DNA of 64,000 bases, taken from positions 67 to 64,066 of the forward strand of contig JACQXN010000006.1 of the NCBI GenBank assembly GCA_016208745.1, written 5' to 3'. This stretch comes from Candidatus Portnoybacteria bacterium (GTDB lineage: Bacteria > Patescibacteriota > Minisyncoccia > Portnoybacterales > GWB1-42-6). Positions within the stretch are counted from its first letter, which is position 1, and every line of letters begins with the position of its first letter. Of the stretch, positions 29,369 to 38,423 are shown one piece after another. Made by a program: the position numbers and the translations under genes. The notes below the pieces were generated by a model. It made no database searches. It worked only from the letters and a program-made list of their open reading frames with translations, and was not told the origin of the DNA.

Positions 29369-29920
29369 ATGCTGGTAGGAAAAAGCGTTACTTTGAGACC
29401 GTTGGGAATAGAAGATATCGACTTTTTTCTTAAATGGTTCAACAATCCAGAAATAACAAAGTTTCTACTTATGTATCTGCCGATGACGAAGCTATCCGAA
29501 GAAAAATGGCTGCGGGAAGTGGCAAAAAAGCAAGAACCAGTTTTCACAATACTTGTAAATACTCCGAGCGAAAGACCCCCAATCGGCGCTTGTGGACTCC
29601 ACAAGATTGATCAAAAAGACAGAAGGGCTGAATTCGGAATCGTACTCGGAGAAAAGAATGCATGGGGCTGTGGTTTCGCCCGAGAGGCAGGCGAGCTTTT
29701 GATAAGCTATGGTTTCAATTCGCTTAATCTTCATAAGATAGAATCAGCTTACATAGCAACAAACATTAGAAGCATGAGACTTCATAACAAATTAGGGTTT
29801 TTGGAGGAAGGAAGGAAAAGGAACCACACATTTAAAGAGGGCCAATATCGCGATATGATTATTTTCGGCCTTCTTCGGGAAGAGTGGGAACAAGCGAAAG
29901 AAAGAAAAAAGAAAGAATAA
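29369..29920 (+). CDS. GNAT-family N-acetyltransferase (RimJ/RimL-like)
   Basis: Acetyl-CoA binding region ..GLHKIDQKDRRAEFGIVLGEKNAWGCGFAREA..; ribosome-binding site AAGGAGGG. The track start at 29291 has no ribosome-binding site. Confidence 0.8.
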   Translation: MLVGKSVTLRPLGIEDIDFFLKWFNNPEITKFLLMYLPMTKLSEEKWLREVAKKQEPVFTILVNTPSERPPIGACGLHKIDQKDRRAEFGIVLGEKNAWGCGFAREAGELLISYGFNSLNLHKIESAYIATNIRSMRLHNKLGFLEEGRKRNHTFKEGQYRDMIIFGLLREEWEQAKERKKKE

Positions 29921-30010
29921 ACAGACAGACCAGCGCTACAATGTGTCGGTTTTTTAAACCAAAAGAGACGTCTACGCGTCTCTTTTAAAATTGCATTTGA
30001 AACTCTTGCC

Positions 30011-31069
30011 TTACAGCGCCACAATCTCTTCCCAAGGCAACCCCTCTTTGCCAAAATGTCCATAAGCAGCGGTTTGGCGGTAAATCGGCCGGCGGAGATT
30101 CAATCGTTCAATAATCGCCTGCGGCCGGAAATCAAAATTCTTATTCACTATTTCATCAATGCTCTCCCCTTTTTCATTAATCGCCTCAACCATTAAAGGT
30201 TCAACGCGGCCGATGGCATAAGCCACTGAAACTAAACATTTTTTAGCTAGGCCATTAGCCACAATATTTTTGGCGGCAAAACGAGCCATATAAGCGGCTG
30301 ATCGATCAACTTTTGTCGGATCTTTCCCAGAAAAAGCGCCGCCGCCATGCGGAATTAAACCGCCATAAGTATCAACCATAATCTTTCTGCCGGTTAAGCC
30401 GGTGTCAGCCTCAAACCCGCCCTGCACGAATTTGCCGGTTGGATTAACTAATATTTCGGCGCCATTGTAATCTTCTTCGTCAAAAGCCGATTTAATTACT
30501 TTTTCAATAATTTCTCTTTTTATATCATCTTGCGAAACCGAATCGCTATGCTGACAGCTAACTAGAATTTTTTCTGTGCCGTGGCTGTTAATAGTTACCT
30601 GCGATTTACCATCTGGAAAAAGCCAGGTGGCTTGGCCACTTCTCCTTAATTTTTCTAAACCTTGCGCCAGTTTATGCGCCATAACAACTCCTTTGGGCAA
30701 AAATTGAGAAGTTTCATCTGTCGCATAACCATACATAATGCCTTGATCTCCGGCGCCACCCGTATCAACTCCCTGCGCAATGTCGGGCGATTGCTGGACA
30801 ACATTAGTAATAACTTTTAACTCGTTCTGATGGCCGATATCGCGATAAACCTGTCGGCCAAGATTGGCAAAATCAACTTGCGCGTTAGTTGTCAGCTCGC
30901 CGCAAATAACTAATATCCCGTGTCCGCCAAAACTTTCAATGGCAACTCTGCTTTTTGGGTCTTGCCTTAAACATTCGTCTAAAACAGCATCCGAAATCTG
31001 ATCGCAGATTTTATCCGGATGCCCCGAGGTAACGCTTTCAACTGTATACATCTTTGTGCTGTATGTCAT
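30011..31069 (-). CDS. metK: S-adenosylmethionine synthetase
   Basis: GHPDKICDQISDA, GAGDQGIMYGYA and GGGAFSGKDPTKVDRS motifs; the true start may be the internal MYTVESV. Confidence 0.95.
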   Translation of the reverse strand: MTYSTKMYTVESVTSGHPDKICDQISDAVLDECLRQDPKSRVAIESFGGHGILVICGELTTNAQVDFANLGRQVYRDIGHQNELKVITNVVQQSPDIAQGVDTGGAGDQGIMYGYATDETSQFLPKGVVMAHKLAQGLEKLRRSGQATWLFPDGKSQVTINSHGTEKILVSCQHSDSVSQDDIKREIIEKVIKSAFDEEDYNGAEILVNPTGKFVQGGFEADTGLTGRKIMVDTYGGLIPHGGGAFSGKDPTKVDRSAAYMARFAAKNIVANGLAKKCLVSVAYAIGRVEPLMVEAINEKGESIDEIVNKNFDFRPQAIIERLNLRRPIYRQTAAYGHFGKEGLPWEEIVAL

Positions 31070-31154
31070 ACTGGGTAGTAGAAATTTGACTATGATTTAA
31101 ATTCGGAACGCCGAATTTAAATCATAAGGTCTTTTTAGTTTTCTACAATTTAAA

Positions 31155-31292
31155 AAATCTTTCCACGCGGAAAGATTTCTCTAAAATTATCTTTCCCCCG
31201 TGGGGCTAGAGTTGGCACCTCTCCTTCAATTATTTGAAGAAGGTTGTCGGCAGGTCATAGGGCTAGTTCCCTCGCTACACTCTGTAATAATT
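31155..31292 (-). promoter_or_regulatory. SAM-I (S-box) riboswitch with an intrinsic terminator, in the metK leader
   Basis: Minus-strand sequence ..TTATTACAGAG..GCGAGGGAACTAGCCCTATGACCTGCCGACAACC..GGTGCCAACTCTAGCC..AGATAA matches the S-box consensus. It is followed by the hairpin aaatctttcc-gcgt-ggaaagattt and a T-run. Confidence 0.7.
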
Positions 31293-31299
31293 ATTTTAT

Positions 31300-31346
31300 C
31301 CCCACACCAGAACGCTACAACCATGGGCACAAACCCATGGTGTGGG
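31300..31346. repeat. hairpin repeat family member R1 (CCCCACACCAGAACGCTAC..inner hairpin..CCATGGTGTGGG) in the metK leader
   Basis: Related copies lie at 35196-35250 and 41636-41756, with compensatory stem changes. Confidence 0.55.
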
Positions 31347-31363
31347 AATTTATTTTTCTAAAA

Positions 31364-31392
31364 TATTGTTTTAAGTTTATAGAAAAAAATTT
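31364..31392 (-). promoter_or_regulatory. candidate metK promoter TTGACA-N17-TAAACT (minus strand)
   Basis: Hexamers read on the minus strand, upstream of R1 and the riboswitch. Confidence 0.4.
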
Positions 31393-31513
31393 ATTGTGTC
31401 AAAAAAATTTATCCACAATATTAATTATTTTTCTTTTCTACTATTGAAAACTTGACAAAATAGATGCGCCTGCCATAGACTAATAATCAATACTATGGTT
31501 CTTTTTTTCTTGT

Positions 31514-31661
31514 GACCGCGTAGGCTTAAATGGTAAAGCGCCCGATCGTAATCGGCCTCGTGCTGGAGGGCATTTTAGAGAAGTTCAGTTAGCGTTGACG
31601 CGTAAACTGCTAACGAAGAATCCAAAAATGCGAGATGTCGGTTCGAATCCGACCGCGGCCA
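31514..31661 (+). ncRNA. tRNA-like structured RNA gene: canonical T-arm GTCGG-TTCGAAT-CCGAC plus acceptor 3' strand and a 5' acceptor/D-arm-like start, but about 148 nt long with extra internal hairpins. It could be a tRNA with an insertion or intron, or another tRNA-like RNA.
   Basis: Candidate promoter TTGACA..TAGACT at 31452-31481. Internal hairpins include CCGAT-cgta-ATCGG, CCTC-gtgctg-GAGG and GCATTTT..AAAATGC. Two terminator hairpins follow at 31730-31757 and 31762-31783. Confidence 0.45.
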
Positions 31662-31729
31662 CACCCCCACTTTTCTAAGTGCGGGACGAAAGTTTTTCTG
31701 GTAGGCACCTGTCCGGTGCCTTTCGCAGG

Positions 31730-31783
31730 GGTCGTCTATATGACGACCTTATTATTTTAATAGGCGCCATCAGCGCCTATTTT
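31730..31783 (+). terminator. two consecutive intrinsic terminators (ggtcgtc-tatat-gacgacc + T-run; aggcgcc-atca-gcgcct + T-run)
   Basis: Hairpins followed by T-runs on the plus strand. Confidence 0.55.
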
Positions 31784-31793
31784 CAAACAAGAA

Positions 31794-32120
31794 CTATAAT
31801 TCCGTCTTAATCAGAAACAATCTCTTTTTAAATCCGCCTCGTTTTTTATTTTTTAGCTTTTGCCTATCTTCAATCCCTTTCTTCGTCAAACCGATCTCCA
31901 ATATTAGAACATCTAATAATTCCTGAATATCAACAACTTCGTTAATAATTTAATCTTTACTTTTAGCGGCGATCAGCTCTTTTGCTTCCTCAAGCACTTT
32001 TTTCTTTATTTCTCTCAAATATTCTTTCTTGCTTAAAGTCCGCCAATATGGCTTTTCTCCCGCCGCTTCAATAATTTCTAGAATTCTATCTCTGATTAAT
32101 TTATTGTATTTTTTTATCAT
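31794..32120 (-). pseudogene. MazG-like nucleotide pyrophosphohydrolase (KLIRDRILEII.. type) interrupted by an in-frame TAA at 31950-31952; the C-terminal half continues in the same frame (..EVVDIQELLDVLILEIGLTKKGIEDRQKLKNKKRGGF..)
   Basis: Manual minus-strand translation. The 56-aa N-terminal part and the 52-aa C-terminal part are separated only by the stop codon. Confidence 0.5.
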
Positions 32121-32367
32121 CCTCTTCCTCCTTTTTACCTAAAAATTTTGCTATATAAATTGAGGCCAAAACGACAAAAAAAGTTATCGCTAAAGCATAA
32201 ATAAATTTAGCTAAAAGCGTATTTTGTTTTAGCGGAAAAAGGAAATCTATAAAAGCCTTGATCGCTTCATTCCAGGCCAAGCCAGCGACCAAACCAAGGG
32301 CGGTCATTACATAGCCGGCTGTGCTTTTGCGAATTTCCTCTTTTATTTTTTTCTTTTGTTCGTCCAT
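32101..32367 (-). CDS. small membrane protein (88 aa)
   Basis: ORF with two hydrophobic helices; overlaps the MazG-like start by 20 nt. Confidence 0.45.
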   Translation of the reverse strand: MDEQKKKIKEEIRKSTAGYVMTALGLVAGLAWNEAIKAFIDFLFPLKQNTLLAKFIYALAITFFVVLASIYIAKFLGKKEEEDDKKIQ

Positions 32368-32583
32368 TTTTTTGAGTTTTAATAATTAGACTATTTCGCC
32401 TGCTATTTATTATAACATTCTCTATTAATTATTAAAATCAGGAGAGGCCAGATCAAGAAAGGCTAACTATTGCTTTTTTTGACAAATGCTGTATAATATG
32501 GGAAATTATTCCTGTTCTTTACACATCCTGCCCTAACGGCTTAGCCGTGGGCTAAAATTATATAAAATCATAAGGAGGAGAAA

Positions 32584-33069
32584 ATGAACCCCGAAACAGC
32601 CCTATTTAATAAAGAGTCTCGATTTGGTGCAATCTACGCAGAACCAACAGCATGGGATGCAGCAGCCGAAAGACTTATGCTTTCTGCGCCCCCGACAATC
32701 AAAAATATTTTCTTTGATAGAGGGGATATAAAAAAGTTAAGAAAAAAAGTCGCAGAGGAAAAACCAAATCTACCAGACTGGGCAATATCAATGTTCTCAG
32801 ATGCATTGTATGACATTCTTGCGGACGAGAGAAGACCGATTGAAGAAGAATTTACAAACAGCATTGAGTCGCTTATGACAAAAGAGGCTGTTCTACCAAC
32901 CGATGATCCGCTACAATTCAGATTGAGGCTTAGCGACACGTTTGCCAGAACCCTCCAGGGATTTATGGGGGACATCGTCCCCGCAGAAAAGATTTTTTTT
33001 AAAAACTTCATTGAAGAAAACAATCGACCCGACGGCTTATTATCGCTTAGAGTCGTAATCCGAAAATAA
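32584..33069 (+). CDS. hypothetical protein (161 aa)
   Basis: Ribosome-binding site AAGGAGGAG, and a terminator follows. Confidence 0.6.
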   Translation: MNPETALFNKESRFGAIYAEPTAWDAAAERLMLSAPPTIKNIFFDRGDIKKLRKKVAEEKPNLPDWAISMFSDALYDILADERRPIEEEFTNSIESLMTKEAVLPTDDPLQFRLRLSDTFARTLQGFMGDIVPAEKIFFKNFIEENNRPDGLLSLRVVIRK

Positions 33070-33078
33070 CCCTCCTAT

Positions 33079-33104
33079 GGACAGCTTAACCGCTGTCCTT
33101 TTTT
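33079..33104 (+). terminator. intrinsic terminator ggacagc-ttaacc-gctgtcc + TTTTTT
   Basis: Canonical hairpin followed by a T-run. Confidence 0.7.
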
Positions 33105-33158
33105 AGTACGCAAATAGCGCAAAATTCTATGCAAATTGCGCTCATGCTAATAGCCCCC

Positions 33159-34451
33159 TTATGGCCGCTTCTTTTTAAAGCTAATCTTCATTGTAAAAAT
33201 CTTGTCTGAAGCAAAAATTTTGGCGGCGATAAAAACAAAAACAACAAAAAAGAAAGCTAAATATAAAATACCGTACCAGACGCTGGAAGTCTGGCCCAAT
33301 AGTAAATTTGGCGCGGCCATAAATGGGTGCGAGAATGGAATCAGCCAAATTAAAATTTTCATGCCAGAGGAGAAAGAAGAAACATCAAGAAACATAGTCA
33401 GGATATAGGGGATTAAAACTAAAACCATAAGCGGCGCGACAACTCCTTGCGCCGCTTTTGAATCTTCCGCAAAAGAGCCTAAAATTATCGCAATAGCCAA
33501 AGCCGCCAAAATTCCCAAAAAGAGAGAAAGACCAAGCATTAGATAATCGGGCGTGCTTAAAGTCAGTCCAAGCTGGGCAATCGCCGCTTTGGAAGCTTCG
33601 TCAGTCGCAGCCGCGCCGCCAATCGCACCGCCGGTTATTCCAGACATATAATAACGCATACCAAAAAGATAAACGCCGGCTGTGAGCAAAGCAACAAGAC
33701 CAGCTGCCATTAATTTCGAAGCCACAACCGCTTTTCTTGAAATAGGGCTTGAAAGCAAAGTTTCAAGGGTTTTATTTTCTTTTTCCGTGGCAATAGAGGT
33801 GGCGATAAGCTGAGAAGCTAAAACAATAACTAAAAATAAAATTATCGGAATAAAAGTGGTTTGCGAAGTGATGAATCCAGAAACCAAAGTCGGGCTGATA
33901 TTGGCCTGTTTTTCGCCGATAACAACAAAATCATCTGCCAAGACCGGTTGTTTAATTGCTATTGGATCTATCTTGGGATTAGAATTTGCCAATAGCTGAT
34001 TGCTCAACCCATCGTTTATGGCGCCGAGCGCGGCTTTTAGAATCTGGCTATTAACAGAGGCCATCACCGAAAAATTTTTCATTATAGTATAGACCTCCAT
34101 TTTTTGCGGTTGAAAATTCTTAATTCCAGCCTCAAAACCGCTTGGAATAATTAAGGCTACTTTTGCGTTTTTCTCTTTTGCTTTAGCGATAACTTCTTCT
34201 GCGCCGCCGCTATGGGAAACATTGGGCAGAAAATTAGTTTTTTCGATAATGCTTATTACTTGCTGAGAAGTCGCTGATTTATCTAAATCCAATATCTCTA
34301 TGGCCTGCGGCGCTTTGGCTTTTGATGTTTCTTTGCCGATTATTTTTCCGACAAAAACAAACACGACAACAATAACCAAAAGCGGCACCAGCATCTGCGG
34401 GGTCAAAAGCTCCTGGATTTCTTTTTTTAATAAAGTGAGAAATTTTTTCAT
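33159..34451 (-). CDS. ABC-2 type transporter permease
   Basis: N-terminal TM helix, large extracytoplasmic loop, C-terminal TM bundle; start/stop overlap with the ATPase gene. Confidence 0.75.
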   Translation of the reverse strand: MKKFLTLLKKEIQELLTPQMLVPLLVIVVVFVFVGKIIGKETSKAKAPQAIEILDLDKSATSQQVISIIEKTNFLPNVSHSGGAEEVIAKAKEKNAKVALIIPSGFEAGIKNFQPQKMEVYTIMKNFSVMASVNSQILKAALGAINDGLSNQLLANSNPKIDPIAIKQPVLADDFVVIGEKQANISPTLVSGFITSQTTFIPIILFLVIVLASQLIATSIATEKENKTLETLLSSPISRKAVVASKLMAAGLVALLTAGVYLFGMRYYMSGITGGAIGGAAATDEASKAAIAQLGLTLSTPDYLMLGLSLFLGILAALAIAIILGSFAEDSKAAQGVVAPLMVLVLIPYILTMFLDVSSFSSGMKILIWLIPFSHPFMAAPNLLLGQTSSVWYGILYLAFFFVVFVFIAAKIFASDKIFTMKISFKKKRP

Positions 34452-35179
34452 TATTTATTGATTGTCAATTTCATAAATACTTCTTCTAAATTACTAGCGC
34501 TATATTCTTCTTTTAATTGCCCGGCTGTGCCGATGTCATGAATTTTTCCTTTATCAATAATAGCGAGCCGGTGCGATAAAAATTCTATTTCCAGCATATT
34601 ATGCGATGAGAGCAGAACTGCCATTCCCTGCAAGGATAAATCGCGAACTATTTTTCTAATTTCCAAAGCGTTAATAACGTCTAGGCCGCTTGTCGGCTCA
34701 TCTAGTATCGCCAGCCTTGGTCGCGTCATCACGGTTCTGGCCAACAAAAGCTTTCGCGTCATACCTTTTGAATAGGTTTTGACCTTGTCTTTCAGGCGAT
34801 TTCCGAGCCCGCAGATTAAAACCGCCATATCAATATATTCTTTTTGCTTATTTTTTTCGTCACTAAAAAGAGCGGCCATAAATCTTAAATAACTTATGCC
34901 GCTCAAGTTTTTATAAGCGCCTGCCTCTTCAGGCAGATAGCTGATTATTTGACGCACTTTATCAGCCTGCTTGCGCACGTCCAAACCATAGATAGAGGCG
35001 CCACCATCACTTAAAGTCAGAACCGTCGCTAAAATTCTCAAAGTCGTTGATTTTCCCGCGCCATTTGGTCCAATTAGCGCAAAAATCTCGTTTTCTGCCA
35101 CATCAAAACTAATATCATCAACTGCCTTAATATTTCCGTAAGCTTTGCTTAAATTTTTAACCTCAACCGCGTTTGGCAT
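34451..35179 (-). CDS. ABC transporter ATP-binding protein
   Basis: Walker A GPNGAGKST, signature LSGISYLR-like, Walker B ILDEPTSGLD. Confidence 0.9.
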   Translation of the reverse strand: MPNAVEVKNLSKAYGNIKAVDDISFDVAENEIFALIGPNGAGKSTTLRILATVLTLSDGGASIYGLDVRKQADKVRQIISYLPEEAGAYKNLSGISYLRFMAALFSDEKNKQKEYIDMAVLICGLGNRLKDKVKTYSKGMTRKLLLARTVMTRPRLAILDEPTSGLDVINALEIRKIVRDLSLQGMAVLLSSHNMLEIEFLSHRLAIIDKGKIHDIGTAGQLKEEYSASNLEEVFMKLTINK

Positions 35180-35195
35180 ATTATTTATCTATTTA

Positions 35196-35250
35196 CCCCG
35201 TTACCAGAACGCCACGGGCGTAAGCCCGTGGTAACGGGGTTTACCCATTC
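35196..35250. repeat. hairpin repeat family member R2 (CCCCGTTACCAGAACGCCAC GGGC-gtaa-GCCCGTGGTAACGGGG)
   Basis: The shared frame CCAGAAyGCyAC is kept while stem positions are co-varied relative to R1 and R3. Confidence 0.55.
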
Positions 35251-35326
35251 GTACGAATAAGACAATGAAGGTTCAATAAGTTTTTTAATAGTGTTAATTA
35301 ATAAAAACTGGGTTTTATTTAATAAT

Positions 35327-36166
35327 TTATTTCAATAACTTGTTTGCATAATCCAAAGATGAATCGCCCGAAATCACAACGTCAAAACTATTTTTAAACT
35401 GCTCTAGATCCCGCTCTATGTCTTCGTTAAGAAACCCTATCTTTATTATATTCTTACAATCAAAACCTTTTATCATTTCAATATCAGCCGGCCGGTCGCC
35501 AAGCAATAAAACATTTTTCCTGTTTTCTATTATATCAAAAACAGGAAAATCCTGAATAGCGGTATCATCTTTATTCATATTATGAATAATTGGCTGTTTA
35601 ATCCTGATTGCTCTCCCGTTCTCGTCCCATTCAAACGCGTTTGAAATTATATGGATATTTTCATACAATCTATTTTCTTTTTCAAAATACATTGATATAC
35701 AATCGCCGCCCAAACCGCTTGAAGACATTATAACCAAGGGAATTTTATGCGCCCACAAAAAATCAACAAATTCGCCAAATCCTTCCCTTGTCTTAATTTT
35801 CCCAGACTCAACCACCGATTCTAGATCCTTTTTAGTTAAGCCGGATTTAATTAATAAATCAAAATGCGTCATCCACCATTCTTCCATTGCTTTTTTCTTT
35901 TCTTCAATTGGGATGCTTGGATTAATATCAATTGGATTATATTTTTCATAAAGCGCTTGGGCTTTTTGGGCGTAATCAGAAGTTAAATAATTCCCGTCGC
36001 GTAAAACTGAAATTAAAGAAGGTGTGCTTTTTCCATCAACAAAAGCTTTTGTTAAGGTTCTATCAAAATCGCTCAAAACATGCAAGTTATCCACTCCGTC
36101 CTCTAGAATTTTCTTTTTCAACCCTTCTAATCTTTCCTGATTTGGAATAATAACGTCTTGAGACAT
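35327..36166 (-). CDS. HAD-superfamily hydrolase, 5'-nucleotidase (UMPH-1)-like
   Basis: LSDFDRTLT (DxDxT) motif and a C-terminal GDRPADIEM-like motif. Confidence 0.65.
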   Translation of the reverse strand: MSQDVIIPNQERLEGLKKKILEDGVDNLHVLSDFDRTLTKAFVDGKSTPSLISVLRDGNYLTSDYAQKAQALYEKYNPIDINPSIPIEEKKKAMEEWWMTHFDLLIKSGLTKKDLESVVESGKIKTREGFGEFVDFLWAHKIPLVIMSSSGLGGDCISMYFEKENRLYENIHIISNAFEWDENGRAIRIKQPIIHNMNKDDTAIQDFPVFDIIENRKNVLLLGDRPADIEMIKGFDCKNIIKIGFLNEDIERDLEQFKNSFDVVISGDSSLDYANKLLK

Positions 36167-36199
36167 AATAATCTTCCCTCCTTTTTGATTACTATTTAA

Positions 36200-36228
36200 A
36201 TTTTAAACCCCTTATTAAAATAAGGCAA
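36200..36228 (-). promoter_or_regulatory. candidate promoter TTGCCT-N17-TAAAAT (minus strand) for the HAD gene; part of a 38-nt motif repeated at 37375-37418
   Basis: Hexamers plus AAAGGAGGG ribosome-binding site downstream. Confidence 0.5.
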
Positions 36229-36240
36229 CAATTTAAAAAA

Positions 36241-37350
36241 CTAATAAATAATTTGTTTTAATTCCGGCGCCGCAGAAACTTGTACAATTTTAAATGGCAG
36301 GCGCCCTAACACTTGCCCCTTGCTATTAACGATATCCACTCGCCATTTGCCCGGCGCAAGCCCTAGTCTATTATATGAGTAGCCGCGATAGCCGCCATCT
36401 CGGCCGCCAATAATTTCGTAATTAACTTTGCTTTTTTGGACCCACTCCTCCAAATTCGGATCATAGAAAAACCAAACATGATAAATTTCAGTTTTGATTT
36501 TAGTCGGCGCAAAAACAGCGGCATAAGTATAGACGCGTTGGCCGGGCTGCCAATGGACAACCGGGTTATAATCACGGAAAAAGACATACCATGGTTTTGG
36601 CTCAACCAGAATTTCCCAGCCATTAGAAGTTCTGGCAACTGAATGCGCAATAGCACCCTCTTTTAATGACAAAGGAATCGGCGGAATAATATTAGTAAAA
36701 TATAAGATATTTAAAATAAAGTATATTGCCGCTATCCCGCCAATTAACCATTTTTTGCTATGCTCTACTGGCTCGCGCACAAAAAAGCGAAGAATAAATA
36801 AAAACAAGGCAATAAATGCAAGGCTCGCCGCGCCGCTTAATAAAAATATGCTGTTGCCTATGCGGTCTAACGCAATTGGCATAGCAAAAACCAGATATAA
36901 AAAAATTACCGCAAAGAAAGAATATATTTGAATAATTAAATGCCGATAACGGCTGCGGAAAAATTCATTGCCAACCAGCAATAAAACCAACGCCGCCAAA
37001 AATGGCCAGCTAACAGCGATACTGCTGCTTTCTCCGTAAAAAATTAAAAAAGAGCTAAAAAGGCCGCCGATTGAAAATTGAAGAAAAAACGGAACGCCAA
37101 TTGAAATAAGTTCAAAAAAACGAATTTTTAAATGATGCCCCTGAGCGTAACGTAGGCGGATCTGATAAATATTAAGATAAATTATCGCCAGACCCGTCAG
37201 AATTAAATAAAAAATCATCAGTAAATTATCGTAAAGCAAATCAATCCGCCTCAAATATAAAATATGCCAGACAAATCCGATGATAAACCCAGCCGGAGAA
37301 ACGATGTGTTCAATTTTCTCATAACGCTTTATAAGGTCTTCTACTTTCAT
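36241..37350 (-). CDS. polytopic membrane protein with a C-terminal soluble domain (function unknown)
   Basis: About 8 TM helices. Confidence 0.6.
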   Translation of the reverse strand: MKVEDLIKRYEKIEHIVSPAGFIIGFVWHILYLRRIDLLYDNLLMIFYLILTGLAIIYLNIYQIRLRYAQGHHLKIRFFELISIGVPFFLQFSIGGLFSSFLIFYGESSSIAVSWPFLAALVLLLVGNEFFRSRYRHLIIQIYSFFAVIFLYLVFAMPIALDRIGNSIFLLSGAASLAFIALFLFILRFFVREPVEHSKKWLIGGIAAIYFILNILYFTNIIPPIPLSLKEGAIAHSVARTSNGWEILVEPKPWYVFFRDYNPVVHWQPGQRVYTYAAVFAPTKIKTEIYHVWFFYDPNLEEWVQKSKVNYEIIGGRDGGYRGYSYNRLGLAPGKWRVDIVNSKGQVLGRLPFKIVQVSAAPELKQIIY

Positions 37351-37374
37351 TGATTTTTTAGTTAGTATAAAAAT

Positions 37375-37403
37375 ATTTTAATCCCCTTCTTTAAATAAAG
37401 CAA
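37375..37403 (-). promoter_or_regulatory. candidate promoter TTGCTT-N17-TAAAAT (minus strand) for 36241..37350
   Basis: Same motif family as 36200-36228. Confidence 0.5.
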
Positions 37404-37418
37404 CAATTTAAAAAGCGG

Positions 37419-37440
37419 GATAAGAATTTATCCCGCTAAT
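37419..37440 (-). terminator. intrinsic terminator gcgggataa..ttatcccgc + T-run after 37451..38329
   Basis: Hairpin followed by TTTTT on the minus strand. Confidence 0.6.
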
Positions 37441-37450
37441 ACTCTCCTGC

Positions 37451-38329
37451 TTAAACTTTCATTTCCTTCCGCGCTTTATCGTGCAAAGCGGCTAGGCCAG
37501 CAAGCAATGTTAATTGTTGCGCCGGATTATCAACGTTGTGACAGCTAAACCTATAACCGAACCCTCTTTTCATATCAGATTCTGCGCCATAGACAGGGTT
37601 AAGGCCGCAAGCGTTTCCGGGGCAGCTCACATTCAACCGACCTTTTGTATCAGCAACATAAGCCTCAATATCGCGCCTGTCAAAGTCGCTCGCGCCTATC
37701 ATATAATCGTAGGCAATTTTCATTGCCTGAACCATTTCTTGAATTTGAGTACGCGGCTCTAAAGTTCTAAGCCATCTGACTAAATCAGGGCTATATTCTC
37801 CTCCAAGCGGCGCGCCCCTATCTAAAGTGACGTATGCCTCAACTATCAAAAGCTGGGGGAGACTGGAAGAAATTTCTCTTTCAAGCCCCGCGAAGCTGAA
37901 GAAAACGCCACAGCTGGCTGAAACTTTATTTGCTAAAGCCCAATCATATTTGTGTTCTCGGCCGGATCCAAAGCAGCGGAAACATTCTGCGCCAATAACT
38001 TTGTCTTTTCCTATACCCTTGCATCTTGGACACTTTTCCCCTGTTTCTTTTTTAACCTTTGGCAGGGGGACGCTGAATTTGATAAAACCATTTTCTTCGC
38101 CGATTCTGACAAAAGCATTATCAGAACCAAAATCTTTATCGAAGCTGGATTCAAAATTTGCGAAACCAAATTCTTTTTTGTAATCGGCAACTACGGGGGC
38201 GGCAGACAAAATATGGGCATCCGCCCCTACAAATTCCCTGCGAATACTTAAAATAATGGCTGGATTATTTCCGCCAGACCAGCCTAGCTCATACCAGCAA
38301 GGCGACCCGTCATGAGTGAATATCTTCAT
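37451..38329 (-). CDS. hypothetical protein with a CPRCKG..CFRCFGSG zinc-finger-like segment
   Basis: ORF only. Confidence 0.55.
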   Translation of the reverse strand: MKIFTHDGSPCWYELGWSGGNNPAIILSIRREFVGADAHILSAAPVVADYKKEFGFANFESSFDKDFGSDNAFVRIGEENGFIKFSVPLPKVKKETGEKCPRCKGIGKDKVIGAECFRCFGSGREHKYDWALANKVSASCGVFFSFAGLEREISSSLPQLLIVEAYVTLDRGAPLGGEYSPDLVRWLRTLEPRTQIQEMVQAMKIAYDYMIGASDFDRRDIEAYVADTKGRLNVSCPGNACGLNPVYGAESDMKRGFGYRFSCHNVDNPAQQLTLLAGLAALHDKARKEMKV

Positions 38330-38423
38330 TTGAAACCTCCTTTTATTTATGATTTTAAGAACAATTTTACCCTCATATTATTAAAATAGTCTATAACACA
38401 ATCCGGATCTTATCAAGATTTTC

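Noticed and set aside
31514-31661. tmRNA (ssrA) as the identity of the tRNA-like RNA
   Set aside because: No plausible resume codon or tag reading frame ending in a tmRNA-like ..AA stop was found in any frame. The RNA is far shorter than known tmRNAs and the D-region does not match the tmRNA consensus.
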